Below are positions 29,347 to 41,952 of a stretch of DNA of 64,000 nt, piece after piece. The stretch is from positions 231,790-295,789 of the forward strand of contig CACBBD010000001.1 in assembly GCA_902537425.1 (NCBI GenBank), given 5' to 3'. Under the pieces are notes generated by a model. That model was not told the DNA's origin, made no database searches, and saw only the letters and a list, made by a program, of their open reading frames with translations. The stretch's first letter is position 1. Every line of letters begins with the position of its first letter. The position numbers and the translations under genes are program-made. The DNA comes from an uncultured SAR86 cluster bacterium. Lineage in GTDB: Bacteria; Pseudomonadota; Gammaproteobacteria; Magnimaribacterales; Magnimaribacteraceae.

Positions 29347-29703
29347 TCAACATATCATGCAATGATCGATAAGAATTTTGCCCTCTTCTTCCTTAAAAAT
29401 TGCTTGATTGATCAATTCGTCGTTGCTTGAAGAAGTTTTTTGTTTCCAAACAATTCCAACTGAGTCGCTTCTTCGAAATAAACACACAAACTCTCTTTTA
29501 GTCCAAAAAATATTTGGTTCAATTGATAACTGTCTTTTGAGTTCTTCAGGTGTAACTATGGACTTCATTCTATCTGTGAAATCCTTTGTATGCTTTTTAT
29601 GGTCACCCTCATTGGAACCCTCCAAACAACTATCCATAATCGGTTCTACTATACTAAGAATTTCATCTTCACTAAGATTGGGGAGTTTCAATTCTGCACT
29701 CAA
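29347..29703 (-). CDS. Hypothetical protein (module 2 cargo)
   Basis: 118-aa ORF; TTG start within terminal IR. Confidence 0.7.
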   Translation of the reverse strand: MSAELKLPNLSEDEILSIVEPIMDSCLEGSNEGDHKKHTKDFTDRMKSIVTPEELKRQLSIEPNIFWTKREFVCLFRRSDSVGIVWKQKTSSSNDELINQAIFKEEEGKILIDHCMIC

Positions 29704-29743
29704 GATTATTCAACCGTAACGGAGTAAGGTGAACCGATCTTTC
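29690..29743 (-). repeat. Junction site E (core 29709-29724; SVTVE-stop)
   Basis: + strand aattctgcactcaagatta|ttcaaccgtaacggag|taaggtgaaccgatctttc. Confidence 0.88.
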
Positions 29744-29861
29744 TCATACCCACTATCTTAGCAGTATTTGAAAGGGTTTGAGTTTGCTTGCATGAATTAC
29801 TCATTTTTACTTTAGATACCTTCTACTATTTCACAAATTAACACTAGTTGAGGTTTTTCTC

Positions 29862-30791
29862 CTATCCTTTAAATCCAATCCAAAACTTTTCTACATAATT
29901 GTTTTCAATTGATAGTCTAAGTTCTTCCGTGAATTTATTATGTATTCCTTTCTTCTCAGTGATTTTTAGCAAATTTATATTTCTAGTCTTTAAATTTTCT
30001 ATCATCTTTTTGTTTGGTAGTCTGTTACTTTTAGAACTATTTTCTTCAGGCAAAACATACACTAAATTCCATAAATCATCTGAATACATATAGGACCAAG
30101 GAATAACATGATCTATAGAAGGTGTTCCTAAAATTTTTTTTCCGGTTAAAAAACACTTTCTCTTAGGATTTTCTTCATCTATAAATTTACGAAATTTATT
30201 TAGATTTCCACGTTTTGGAAATTGATCTCTATCAACTCCTTTAATTTTTTTTGATATTCTGGGTGACCCATCCATAGTTTCTAGTTCTTGTGTCCAACGA
30301 TAGTTAATTGAGTTATATAAAATCTCTGAATAGGTTTTTAAAACCTCTGGATTAGATATTTCAATTTCTCTATTACTTAGGTCATAGTCATAAATTTTAT
30401 TTACCTTTCCTCCAAGATTTAAAAATCTTTTACATACATCCTTCTTTAAAACTGAACTAATTTTTGTAACTGGAATATCTATTTTGCTCTCAACCCTAAG
30501 AAATGTTTCTTTTTTAAAACCCCTTGAGGATTGGTATTCTCTAATGGAATTTTCAACAATTTGTATGATCTCTGGTTTTTTGTTTCTGTTGTGACTTTGA
30601 TTGAGATTAAAAAAAATACACTGATTCCAATAATACTTAAAGATTAATCTAGATAACTGATCAAAATGAACTTTCTTTTTGGGTGTTTTTTCACAAAATT
30701 CAACGATAGACCTTATCCAAGACATTTTGTAAGTGTTATCCATAGATCCATAATTTATGAGATCTAACGTTTTTTTAAGATACGGATCCAT
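29862..30791 (-). CDS. HNH endonuclease domain protein (module 1 cargo)
   Basis: N-terminal DNTYK motif; C-terminal CFLTG...IDHVIPWS...DDLWNLV...ENSSKSN. Confidence 0.8.
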   Translation of the reverse strand: MDPYLKKTLDLINYGSMDNTYKMSWIRSIVEFCEKTPKKKVHFDQLSRLIFKYYWNQCIFFNLNQSHNRNKKPEIIQIVENSIREYQSSRGFKKETFLRVESKIDIPVTKISSVLKKDVCKRFLNLGGKVNKIYDYDLSNREIEISNPEVLKTYSEILYNSINYRWTQELETMDGSPRISKKIKGVDRDQFPKRGNLNKFRKFIDEENPKRKCFLTGKKILGTPSIDHVIPWSYMYSDDLWNLVYVLPEENSSKSNRLPNKKMIENLKTRNINLLKITEKKGIHNKFTEELRLSIENNYVEKFWIGFKG

Positions 30792-31189
30792 TAATATTTT
30801 TGTTTATGAGGAATTACTCCTCTAACTCCGCCACTTGGGTCTTCAACGTCATTTTTGTACCTTGGAATTAGATGAATATGAACATGGTCTATTGTTTGAC
30901 CACTTTCTTGTCCACAGTTGATTCCGATATTGTATCCCTGTGGTTCAAATTTTTTATCTAAGTAGTCTTTAGTTTGAAAAATTAATTCATTTAATCCTCT
31001 GACCTCTTCTTCAGTGGAATCAAAATAGTTTGGGTAAACTCTTTTTGGAATAATTAGAGAGTGTCCTTCACTTACTGGGAAATTATCAAAAATTACAAAT
31101 CCAATAGAGTTCTCAAAAATACGTTTTCTGTTATCTAAAAATGGACTTCTGAAATCTTTTGGGTCACTCATAAAAATATTCTGCCACAA
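30791..31189 (-). CDS. HIT family nucleotide hydrolase (module 1 cargo)
   Basis: FPVSEGHSLIIPKR, GYNIGINCGQESGQTIDHVHIHLIPR; start may be ATG 31171. Confidence 0.92.
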   Translation of the reverse strand: MWQNIFMSDPKDFRSPFLDNRKRIFENSIGFVIFDNFPVSEGHSLIIPKRVYPNYFDSTEEEVRGLNELIFQTKDYLDKKFEPQGYNIGINCGQESGQTIDHVHIHLIPRYKNDVEDPSGGVRGVIPHKQKY

Positions 31190-31370
31190 CTCCTAATAAA
31201 TATCCTGTGAATACACATAAGAGATCGCAACAAGTCATATCAACACCTTATGACTTCCACTAACACGAAAAAATAGGTGAGAATTTAAGGGTAGTTTTTA
31301 CCAGGGTTAAGTTTTAGTGATTTTTGAAACCCCCGCAGAATGAGGTGTTAAAACGAAAGTTGGGTTGAAC

Positions 31371-33206
31371 TTACTCCACCGTCACTGACTTAGCGAGGTT
31401 TCGCGGCTGATCAATGTCAGTACCTTTAAGGATGGCAACATGATAAGCAAGAAGCTGTAATGGTATCGAGTAAATTAGAGGAGCAATCAACTCTGGGACT
31501 TCAGGCAGTTCAATAAACTTAGTTATTGATTCATCTTCCTGATGAGCTGCAGAGTGTCCAAATACATATAGCTTTCCTCCTCGCGCTCTAACTTCTTCTA
31601 AGTTTGATTGAAGCTTTGCAAGCAGATCATCATTAGGAGCAACCGCGACGACAGGCATTTCTGAATCAACAAGAGCCAATGGTCCATGTTTTAATTCTCC
31701 TGCAGGATATGCTTCTGCATGAATATAGGAAATTTCTTTAAGCTTTAGTGCACCTTCCATAGCTACGGGGTAATGAATGCCTCTACCCAAAAAGAGAGCA
31801 TGTTCCTTTTGATCAAAATCTTCTGCCATTTCAATAATTTGATCTTCAAGCAACATTACCGAATCTAAAGAATCAGGTAGTGCTCTAAGTGAATTATTTA
31901 TGGTATTTTCTGCAGCCGAGGATAGACCATGATGCCTTCCGAGAATTAAAGTTAACATCAATAAGCCAACGAGCTGAGTGGTAAAGGCTTTTGTTGAAGC
32001 AACACCTATTTCAGGGCCTGCTTTGGTTAAAAATACTAAATCAGATTCTCTCGCTAGAGAACTTGAAGGGACATTGCATATTCCTAGTCGAGCTAGGTAG
32101 CCTGAATCTTTAGCGGCACTTAAACATGCCAGTGTATCTGCTGTTTCACCAGACTGAGAAATGGTTATAAACAGGGTATTGGGTGCCACTACTTTATTTC
32201 TATATCTAAATTCACTTGCCACTTCTACGCTGCAGGGCAAACCGGCAAGACCTTCTAGCCAGTATTTAGCTACTGTTCCGGCATGGAAGCTAGTTCCACA
32301 AGCCACTATCTGAACGGCCTCAACATTTTTAAAAATATCAGGTGCACTAGGCCCAAATATTTCTTCTTGAACACCTGAATCAGTCAATTGTCCTTCTAAT
32401 AAGCCTTTAATTTTTGATGGCTGCTCATTAATTTCTTTTAGCATGAAGTGCCTATATTCACCTTTATCTACCGTCTCTCCTAAAGACTTGGCAACTACAA
32501 CAGGTCTTTCAACTTCAGTATCATCCAGATCCCAGTAGCGAATTCCTTTAGATGTGATTTCAGCAAGATCGCCGTCTTCAAGAAATACAAATTTCTCTGC
32601 AAAGTCCGCTAAAGCAAGTTGATCGGAAGCTATAAAATTTTCTCCGTGCCCCATACCGATAACCAAAGGGCTACCTTTTCTGGCTGAAGCCAAAATTCCA
32701 GGTTCGTTCTCACAAACTGCACCTATTGCATAAGCCCCTCTGAGATCCTTCACTGCCGCCTTCAAGGCATCGATTAAAGTTACTTTATTCTCGCTCATTT
32801 TTGCATGAATCAGATGAGCAATAACTTCTGTGTCTGTTTCTGACTCAAAAACATAACCTAAAGCTTTAAGTGTGGTTCTAATTTCTTGATGATTTTCAAT
32901 AATGCCGTTATGAATAACAAAAATATTATTATTTGAATGGTGCGGGTGAGCATTTGTCTCTGTTGGCAGGCCATGGGTTGCCCATCTGGTGTGGGCAATA
33001 CCCGTATTACCATTCACAGGATTTTGATCAATTGAATTTTGCAGTTCAGCTACCTTACCAGTGCTTTTAAATACCTTTATTTGTTCTGTTTCATCAAAAA
33101 TGGCAAGGCCAGCTGAGTCATATCCTCTATATTCCTGACGCAAAAGCCCTATCAGTAGTTTATCTACTGAGGGTTTACTGGAAGCTACTCCGATTATTCC
33201 ACACAT
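31371..33206 (-). CDS. glmS: Glutamine-fructose-6-phosphate aminotransferase
   Basis: MCGIIG, EYRGYDSAG, HTRWATHG, SQSGET, PRNLAKSVTVE. Confidence 0.98.
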   Translation of the reverse strand: MCGIIGVASSKPSVDKLLIGLLRQEYRGYDSAGLAIFDETEQIKVFKSTGKVAELQNSIDQNPVNGNTGIAHTRWATHGLPTETNAHPHHSNNNIFVIHNGIIENHQEIRTTLKALGYVFESETDTEVIAHLIHAKMSENKVTLIDALKAAVKDLRGAYAIGAVCENEPGILASARKGSPLVIGMGHGENFIASDQLALADFAEKFVFLEDGDLAEITSKGIRYWDLDDTEVERPVVVAKSLGETVDKGEYRHFMLKEINEQPSKIKGLLEGQLTDSGVQEEIFGPSAPDIFKNVEAVQIVACGTSFHAGTVAKYWLEGLAGLPCSVEVASEFRYRNKVVAPNTLFITISQSGETADTLACLSAAKDSGYLARLGICNVPSSSLARESDLVFLTKAGPEIGVASTKAFTTQLVGLLMLTLILGRHHGLSSAAENTINNSLRALPDSLDSVMLLEDQIIEMAEDFDQKEHALFLGRGIHYPVAMEGALKLKEISYIHAEAYPAGELKHGPLALVDSEMPVVAVAPNDDLLAKLQSNLEEVRARGGKLYVFGHSAAHQEDESITKFIELPEVPELIAPLIYSIPLQLLAYHVAILKGTDIDQPRNLAKSVTVE

Positions 33207-33209
33207 AAT

Positions 33210-34556
33210 TTATTTCTTCTTATTCAGATTAACTTGTTTGCCTCTTGCAACAGCAAGTTTACCCTTTGGAACGTCCTTAGTTATAACTGATCCGGCTCCA
33301 GTGTAAGCGTTTTCTCCAAGAACCAAGGGCGCAACAAGTGAGCTATTAGAGCCTATAAATGTCCCATCTGCAATTATGGTTTTATGTTTATTTTTTCCAT
33401 CATAGTTACAGGTTATAGTCCCAGCACCTACATTTACTTTAGTGCCTAGTCTTGCATCACCTAAATAAGTAAGGTGTTTGGCCTTAGAGTTTTTGCCAAT
33501 ATTACTTCTATTAGACTCAACAAAATTACCAAGTTCGGCTCCTTCTGTTAGCTCGCTACCTCCTCTTATTCTTGCAAAAGGCCCAATCTTGCAGTTTTTT
33601 CCAATTACACTGTCTTCCAATACAGTATTTGCATAAACAATAGTGTTGTCTTTGATACTGCAGTTAGAAATGTAGCAATTAGGTCCTATGTGAACATTCT
33701 TTCCCAAGACATTGTTGCCCTCAAAAACATTATTGATATCTACAAAAGAGTTTTGTCCTATCTTGATATCTCCCCTGATGTCTATCCTTGAAGTGTCGGC
33801 AATAGTCACCCCGCTTTTAAGCAAATCTTCAGCTAATTTCTTCTGATAAGCTCTTTCAAGCTCATGCAACTCCTTTTTGTCATTAGCGCCACCAACTTCA
33901 TAAGGGTCGCATAAAGTAGCCACAACATCTACTGAATGATTGTTGGCAATTTCAACCAGATCAGTCAGATAATATTCTTTCGCTGCGTTGTTGTTTTTGA
34001 TTTTAGAAATAAACTGTTGAAGCAGGCTGGCTTTGATCGCTAAGATGCCAGAATTAACTTCTCTTATTTCTTTTTGCGCTGATGACGCATCTTTGTGCTC
34101 TATAATTTTTTGAACACTTTTCTTAGAGCTGCGAATAATTCTGCCATAACCTGTGGGGTCGTCTTTTATGAAGGTCAACATGGAAAGTTTTCCTCTTGAT
34201 GCTGATTTTATAAGCTTGTTTAGTGTATTCTTTTTTACTAAAGGGACATCGCCGTAAAGGACTACAGCTACAGAATTCTTTTTAATAATAGGTAGTGCTT
34301 GCTTAACTGCATGAGCTGTTCCTAACTGATTTTTTTGTTTTACAAAGCGAAGTTTTTTTTGAGAAACGAGATCTCTTTCAACCTCGTTAGATTTATAACC
34401 AACCACAATTGAAGTCTTAGAACTAGGAAATGAATCGACAGTATCGATTAGGTGCTGGATCATCGGTTTGCCTGCCAAACTTGCAAGCACCTTGGGAGAA
34501 TCTCCTCCCATCCTTGTGCCTTTACCGGCAGCTAAAATTATAAAATCTATATTCAT
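33210..34556 (-). CDS. glmU: Bifunctional UDP-GlcNAc pyrophosphorylase/acetyltransferase
   Basis: LAAGKGTRM, QLGTAHAV, EYYLTD, GAGTITCNYDG. Confidence 0.97.
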   Translation of the reverse strand: MNIDFIILAAGKGTRMGGDSPKVLASLAGKPMIQHLIDTVDSFPSSKTSIVVGYKSNEVERDLVSQKKLRFVKQKNQLGTAHAVKQALPIIKKNSVAVVLYGDVPLVKKNTLNKLIKSASRGKLSMLTFIKDDPTGYGRIIRSSKKSVQKIIEHKDASSAQKEIREVNSGILAIKASLLQQFISKIKNNNAAKEYYLTDLVEIANNHSVDVVATLCDPYEVGGANDKKELHELERAYQKKLAEDLLKSGVTIADTSRIDIRGDIKIGQNSFVDINNVFEGNNVLGKNVHIGPNCYISNCSIKDNTIVYANTVLEDSVIGKNCKIGPFARIRGGSELTEGAELGNFVESNRSNIGKNSKAKHLTYLGDARLGTKVNVGAGTITCNYDGKNKHKTIIADGTFIGSNSSLVAPLVLGENAYTGAGSVITKDVPKGKLAVARGKQVNLNKKK

Positions 34557-34599
34557 TGGAACAATGGCGCATTCGCCCCAAGTGGTTTATCTTATTTAA

Positions 34600-35013
34600 C
34601 TACTTCTTACGCAGTTTCTGCAAGGCCTTTAACCTGGCAGCTGCCTCAGCTAGTTGAGCTGATGCCATGGAATAATCCATCTCTGATTTTTGATCTTCTA
34701 GTTCTCTTTCTGCTAATTCTTTTGCTCTTTCAGCAGCTGCTGAGTCTATATCATCAGCCCTCTCTGCAACATCTGTTAGTAGAGTTATCTCTCCAGGCTG
34801 GACTTCTAGAAATCCACCTGAAGCAAAAAATATCTCTTCCTCACCGCCTTCCAATACGAGCTTGACCGGACCGGGCTTAAGATTTGTAAGAAGCGGAGCA
34901 TGTCTGGGAGTAATAGCAATTTCTCCAGCACCACCTTCTGCACTCAATAGCTCAACCGGTCCAGAAAAAAGCTCTCCTTCTGGACTAACTATATTGCACT
35001 GGATAGTTGACAT
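34600..35013 (-). CDS. atpC: ATP synthase epsilon
   Basis: IVSPEG, HAPLLT, SGGFLEVQP; operon position. Confidence 0.96.
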   Translation of the reverse strand: MSTIQCNIVSPEGELFSGPVELLSAEGGAGEIAITPRHAPLLTNLKPGPVKLVLEGGEEEIFFASGGFLEVQPGEITLLTDVAERADDIDSAAAERAKELAERELEDQKSEMDYSMASAQLAEAAARLKALQKLRKK

Positions 35014-35016
35014 AGA

Positions 35017-37295
<2,279 letters not shown>

Positions 37296-37301
37296 TTATG
37301 C

Positions 37302-38846
37302 CTACCAAGTTTGTGTTTCCATGAAATTGTCTAAGGCTTCTTTGAAGGCATTTTGGATATCGTCTCCGTATTCTCCGGTCTCTGACACCTTATCCATCAG
37401 ATCTTTATGCTCGGAATTCATATAGGCTATCAAGCTCTTTTCAAAGTCTTTGATTTTTTCGACCTCAACCTGCCTTAGATACCCTTCATTAGCCGTGTAA
37501 AGCATAAGGCCCATTTCAGCTACAGACATTGGCGAAAACTGATCTTGTTTCGTCAGTTCTGTAACTCTCACACCATGCTCTAATTGCTCTTTGGATGCCT
37601 CATCAAGATCTGAAGCAAATTGGGCAAAAGCCTCTAACTCTCTATATTGAGCGAGAGCTGTTTTAATTCCTCCACCGAGCTTTTTAATTATTGGAACCTG
37701 CGCAGCGCCACCTACCCTTGAAACTGAAATACCAGGGTCCATGGCTGGCTTTAATCCTGAACTAAATAAAGACGACTCGAGGAAAATTTGTCCATCGGTT
37801 ATAGAAATTACGTTCGTAGGAACAAACGCTGAAACGTCTCCAGCCTGAGTTTCGATAATTGGTAGAGCAGTCAACGAACCGGTTTTTCCCTTCACCTCAC
37901 CATTTGTGTAGTTTTCGACATATTCTTCATTAACCCTTGCAGCCCTTTCTAGTAATCTTGAGTGAAGGTAGAAAACGTCACCGGGATAAGCCTCCCTCCC
38001 GGGCGGTCTTCTTAGCAGAAGAGACATCTGTCTATATGCAACGGCTTGTTTAGAAAGGTCATCGTAGATAATTAGAGCATCCTCCCCCCTATCTCTGAAA
38101 TACTCGCCCATGGAACACGCTGCAAAAGGGGCAATATATTGCATTGGTGCTGGGTCAGCCGCCGCAGCCACTACAACAATTGTGTTTTCCATTGCGCCAT
38201 ACTGCTCAAGAGTTCTAACAACTTGGGCAATTGAAGATTGCTTTTGACCTATTGCTACATATATACATTTAACGCCAGTGTCTTTTTGATTGATTATTGC
38301 ATCTATGGCAATAGCTGTTTTACCGGTCTGTCTGTCTCCAATGATCAATTCACGCTGACCCCTTCCAATAGGAACCATGCTGTCAACGGCCTTTATGCCC
38401 AGTTGCACCGGTTGATCTACAGACTTTCTTGAAATAACTCCGGGAGCGACTTTCTCTACTGGGGCGGTTTGATCTGTTTGCACTTCGCCTTTACCATCAA
38501 TTGGGTTGCCTAGTGCGTCAACAACCCTGCCCATAAGAGCCTCTCCAACGGGGACCTCTAAAATTCTTCCAGTACACTTAGCAGAGCCGCCTTCTGCCAA
38601 TAACTTGTAATCTCCTAAGATAACAGCCCCAACAGAGTCTACTTCTAAATTAAGCGCCATTCCCATGACGCCATGTTCAAACTCTATAAGCTCACCATTC
38701 ATGACTTCGCCAAGGCCGTGTATTCTCGCAATACCGTCTGCAAGGAAAACGATTGTGCCTTCATTGCTAGGAGTGGAGGCGGTATCAAGGGCATCAATTT
38801 TCTGTTTGATGACCTGACTAATTTCTGATGGGTTTAATTCTTCCAT
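37302..38846 (-). CDS. atpA: ATP synthase alpha
   Basis: [33 protein letters not shown]. Confidence 0.99.
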   Translation of the reverse strand: MEELNPSEISQVIKQKIDALDTASTPSNEGTIVFLADGIARIHGLGEVMNGELIEFEHGVMGMALNLEVDSVGAVILGDYKLLAEGGSAKCTGRILEVPVGEALMGRVVDALGNPIDGKGEVQTDQTAPVEKVAPGVISRKSVDQPVQLGIKAVDSMVPIGRGQRELIIGDRQTGKTAIAIDAIINQKDTGVKCIYVAIGQKQSSIAQVVRTLEQYGAMENTIVVVAAAADPAPMQYIAPFAACSMGEYFRDRGEDALIIYDDLSKQAVAYRQMSLLLRRPPGREAYPGDVFYLHSRLLERAARVNEEYVENYTNGEVKGKTGSLTALPIIETQAGDVSAFVPTNVISITDGQIFLESSLFSSGLKPAMDPGISVSRVGGAAQVPIIKKLGGGIKTALAQYRELEAFAQFASDLDEASKEQLEHGVRVTELTKQDQFSPMSVAEMGLMLYTANEGYLRQVEVEKIKDFEKSLIAYMNSEHKDLMDKVSETGEYGDDIQNAFKEALDNFMETQTW

Positions 38847-38851
38847 TTTTT

Positions 38852-39364
38852 TTATTTGATTTGATTTCTTAATTTTTCAAGCTTTCCTTTAACGCTGTAA
38901 TCTGTAACTTCGTCACCGCATTTGATAGAAAAACCACCTATTAAACTTTTGTCTATTACTTGTTCCACTGTTAATGAATCTCCATATTTTCCTTTTAGAG
39001 AGTCTGTAACTTTCTTTAATTGCTCGTCTGTTAACTCAAAAGCAGACGTAATCAAAACCTCGCTAGAGCCTTTTGTTCCCGATAACAACTTTCTGTATTC
39101 TTTGGAGATGTGCGGAAGAAGTGAAATTCTTTTAGACTCACCTAACACTTTAATGAAGTTGCTGGTTTTGCTTTCAATTTGGCCTTCAAACAAAGAGAGG
39201 AACATTTCAGTCTTCTCCTTATAAGCAAGCTTGGGAGAATCTATCAACTGTTGTACTTCAGGTGTCTCTAGAGCTAGCTCAAGCTGACCAAGGTCCTTTT
39301 CCCATCCTTCAGAATGGTCGTAGATCGCTTGGGCGTATGGTCTTGCTATGGTCTCGAAATTCAA
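38852..39364 (-). CDS. atpH: ATP synthase delta
   Basis: [16 protein letters not shown]; operon position. Confidence 0.95.
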   Translation of the reverse strand: MNFETIARPYAQAIYDHSEGWEKDLGQLELALETPEVQQLIDSPKLAYKEKTEMFLSLFEGQIESKTSNFIKVLGESKRISLLPHISKEYRKLLSGTKGSSEVLITSAFELTDEQLKKVTDSLKGKYGDSLTVEQVIDKSLIGGFSIKCGDEVTDYSVKGKLEKLRNQIK

Positions 39365-39366
39365 AG

Positions 39367-39837
39367 TTATAACTCCTGAGCTATTTGATCGATAATTTGT
39401 GAGTTTTTATCTTTATCAATCTCTGAGCCTAGTATTTTTTCAGCCCCTGCAATTGAAAGGGCCGCTACTTCAGACCTTAATTCTTCCTTGGTTCTTTTTG
39501 CGGCTTGATCTAAGTCGCTTTGAGCAGAGACTTTTATCCTTTCAGCTTCTTCGTGTGCAGTAGATTTTGCATCCTCCACCAGCTGATTTGCTCGAGCATT
39601 TGCCTGATTAACTAAATCAGCAGCCTCTTTCTTGGCCTCTTCTAAAATTTCAGCTTTTTTCTGATGAGCTTCATCAAGCTCTCGCTTTCCTCGGCTTGCA
39701 GCTTCTAAACCATCGGATATTTCTTTTTCTCTCTCTTCAAGAGCTTCAAGAATATAAGGCCAGACGTATTGCATGGTGAACCACACAAAAAATACAAAGG
39801 CTAAAAGCTGTCCGAATAATGTGGCATTAAAATTCAT
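39367..39837 (-). CDS. atpF: ATP synthase subunit b
   Basis: [20 protein letters not shown]. Confidence 0.96.
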   Translation of the reverse strand: MNFNATLFGQLLAFVFFVWFTMQYVWPYILEALEEREKEISDGLEAASRGKRELDEAHQKKAEILEEAKKEAADLVNQANARANQLVEDAKSTAHEEAERIKVSAQSDLDQAAKRTKEELRSEVAALSIAGAEKILGSEIDKDKNSQIIDQIAQEL

Positions 39838-39859
39838 TTACAAAACTCCGGGCATATTT

Positions 39860-40090
39860 TTATGTGAATAAGAATAAAAGACCGATCGCAAGTGAGACGA
39901 TGGGTATCGCATCTACTAAACCCATACCAATTAACAGCTGTGTAAAAAGGTATGGTTGAAGTTCAGGCTGTCTTGCGATTCCTTCTAGATATTTTGCAGT
40001 AATTAGACCAACACCGATTCCGACACCGATGGCGCCCCCTCCTGTTAGTAGGGCTCCTGCGACCCTTCTTATAGCTTCTGCTTCTTCCAT
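39860..40090 (-). CDS. atpE: ATP synthase subunit c
   Basis: GAIGVGIG, ARQPEL, GLVDAIP (H+-carrying Asp); start trimmed to ATG 40090 with AGGAG RBS. Confidence 0.95.
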   Translation of the reverse strand: MEEAEAIRRVAGALLTGGGAIGVGIGVGLITAKYLEGIARQPELQPYLFTQLLIGMGLVDAIPIVSLAIGLLFLFT

Positions 40091-40113
40091 TTTATTCTCC
40101 TTAGATAAAAAAA

Positions 40114-41073
<960 letters not shown>

Positions 41074-41100
41074 TTAGTGAAAGAAGAATTTGTTACTTTT

Positions 41101-41952
41101 TTAAGATTTTAATTTATCTAACACACCTTCTAGAGTATCAAGATTTTTGTAGCTTACTATTATTTTGCCGCAGCCCCTCTTACTGTGTTTTATTTCTACA
41201 GGCGAACCGAGTGTTTCAGATAGTTCTTTTTCAAGCGACACTATATTGGGGTCTCGCTGGGTTTTTGATTTAACACTCTTGTTTTTATTGCCAGACAGGC
41301 CTCCAACAATGGCTTCACACTCTCTTACTGAAAGTGATTCTGATACTACTCTCTTTGCACATTGAAGCTGAGCGTCTTCAGTTAGTGTTAAAAGTGCTCT
41401 AGCGTGGCCCATTTCAATTTTTCCCTCTTCTAATAAGGATTGAACTTCGGGACTAAGGGACAGAAGCCTCAAGAGGTTGGTTACTGTTGAACGAGATTTT
41501 CCAACGGCGGCCCCAAGCTCTTCTTGTGAGAGATTAAACTCTCCTTGAAGCCTCAAAAGGCCCTTGGCCTGGTCAAGGGCGTTAAGATCCTCTCTTTGAA
41601 GGTTTTCTATTAAGGCAATTTTGGCAGTTTCATCGTTATTAAGATCTCTTATGATGGCTGGTACGGAACTAATACCGGCGAGTTGAGCCGCTCTCCATCT
41701 TCTCTCACCAACCACTATCTCAAACCTTCCTGAGGCCAACCTCCTTACAACCAGCGGTTGAAGAATTCCTTGTTCTTTTATGCTTTGAGACAGCTCCTCA
41801 AGAGTAGACTTATGCATTTTTGTTCTGGGTTGATATTGCCCAGGAGCAAGATCGTCTAAGGGAATCTGGGTAACCGAAACTCCGTCTGACTTGGGTCTGT
41901 CTCCCAAAAGAGAGTCCAGTCCGGTGCCTAAACTAGATTTGTCTTTGTTCAT
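41101..41952 (-). CDS. parB: Chromosome partitioning protein ParB
   Basis: LGTGLDSLL, QPR, GERRWRAA, ENLQREDL; start trimmed to ATG 41952. Confidence 0.96.
   Translation of the reverse strand: MNKDKSSLGTGLDSLLGDRPKSDGVSVTQIPLDDLAPGQYQPRTKMHKSTLEELSQSIKEQGILQPLVVRRLASGRFEIVVGERRWRAAQLAGISSVPAIIRDLNNDETAKIALIENLQREDLNALDQAKGLLRLQGEFNLSQEELGAAVGKSRSTVTNLLRLLSLSPEVQSLLEEGKIEMGHARALLTLTEDAQLQCAKRVVSESLSVRECEAIVGGLSGNKNKSVKSKTQRDPNIVSLEKELSETLGSPVEIKHSKRGCGKIIVSYKNLDTLEGVLDKLKS

Larger units (their letters stand above)
27851..31392 (-). mobile_element. glmS-anchored tandem array of five gene modules separated by glmS 3'-end copies
   Basis: Five diverged copies of glmS terminal codons at fixed geometry (stop codon + 16-bp core + TA); 4 of 5 modules have 19-bp terminal IRs (15-17/19). 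Confidence 0.8.

Noticed and set aside
27851-29743. Classical integron attC sites
   Set aside because: No RYYYAAC...GTTRRRY boxes and no intI; cores derive from glmS, and the best IR pairing is mostly across each module rather than within each site.
31232-31256. aagtcata/tatgactt hairpin as glmS terminator
   Set aside because: AT-rich stem with no U-tract; could be a protein-binding site but unsupported.
27851-31392. CRISPR array or Tn7 insertion
   Set aside because: Inter-repeat segments are 0.2-1.6 kb genes; no cas or tns genes, TGT/ACA ends or 5-bp duplication seen.
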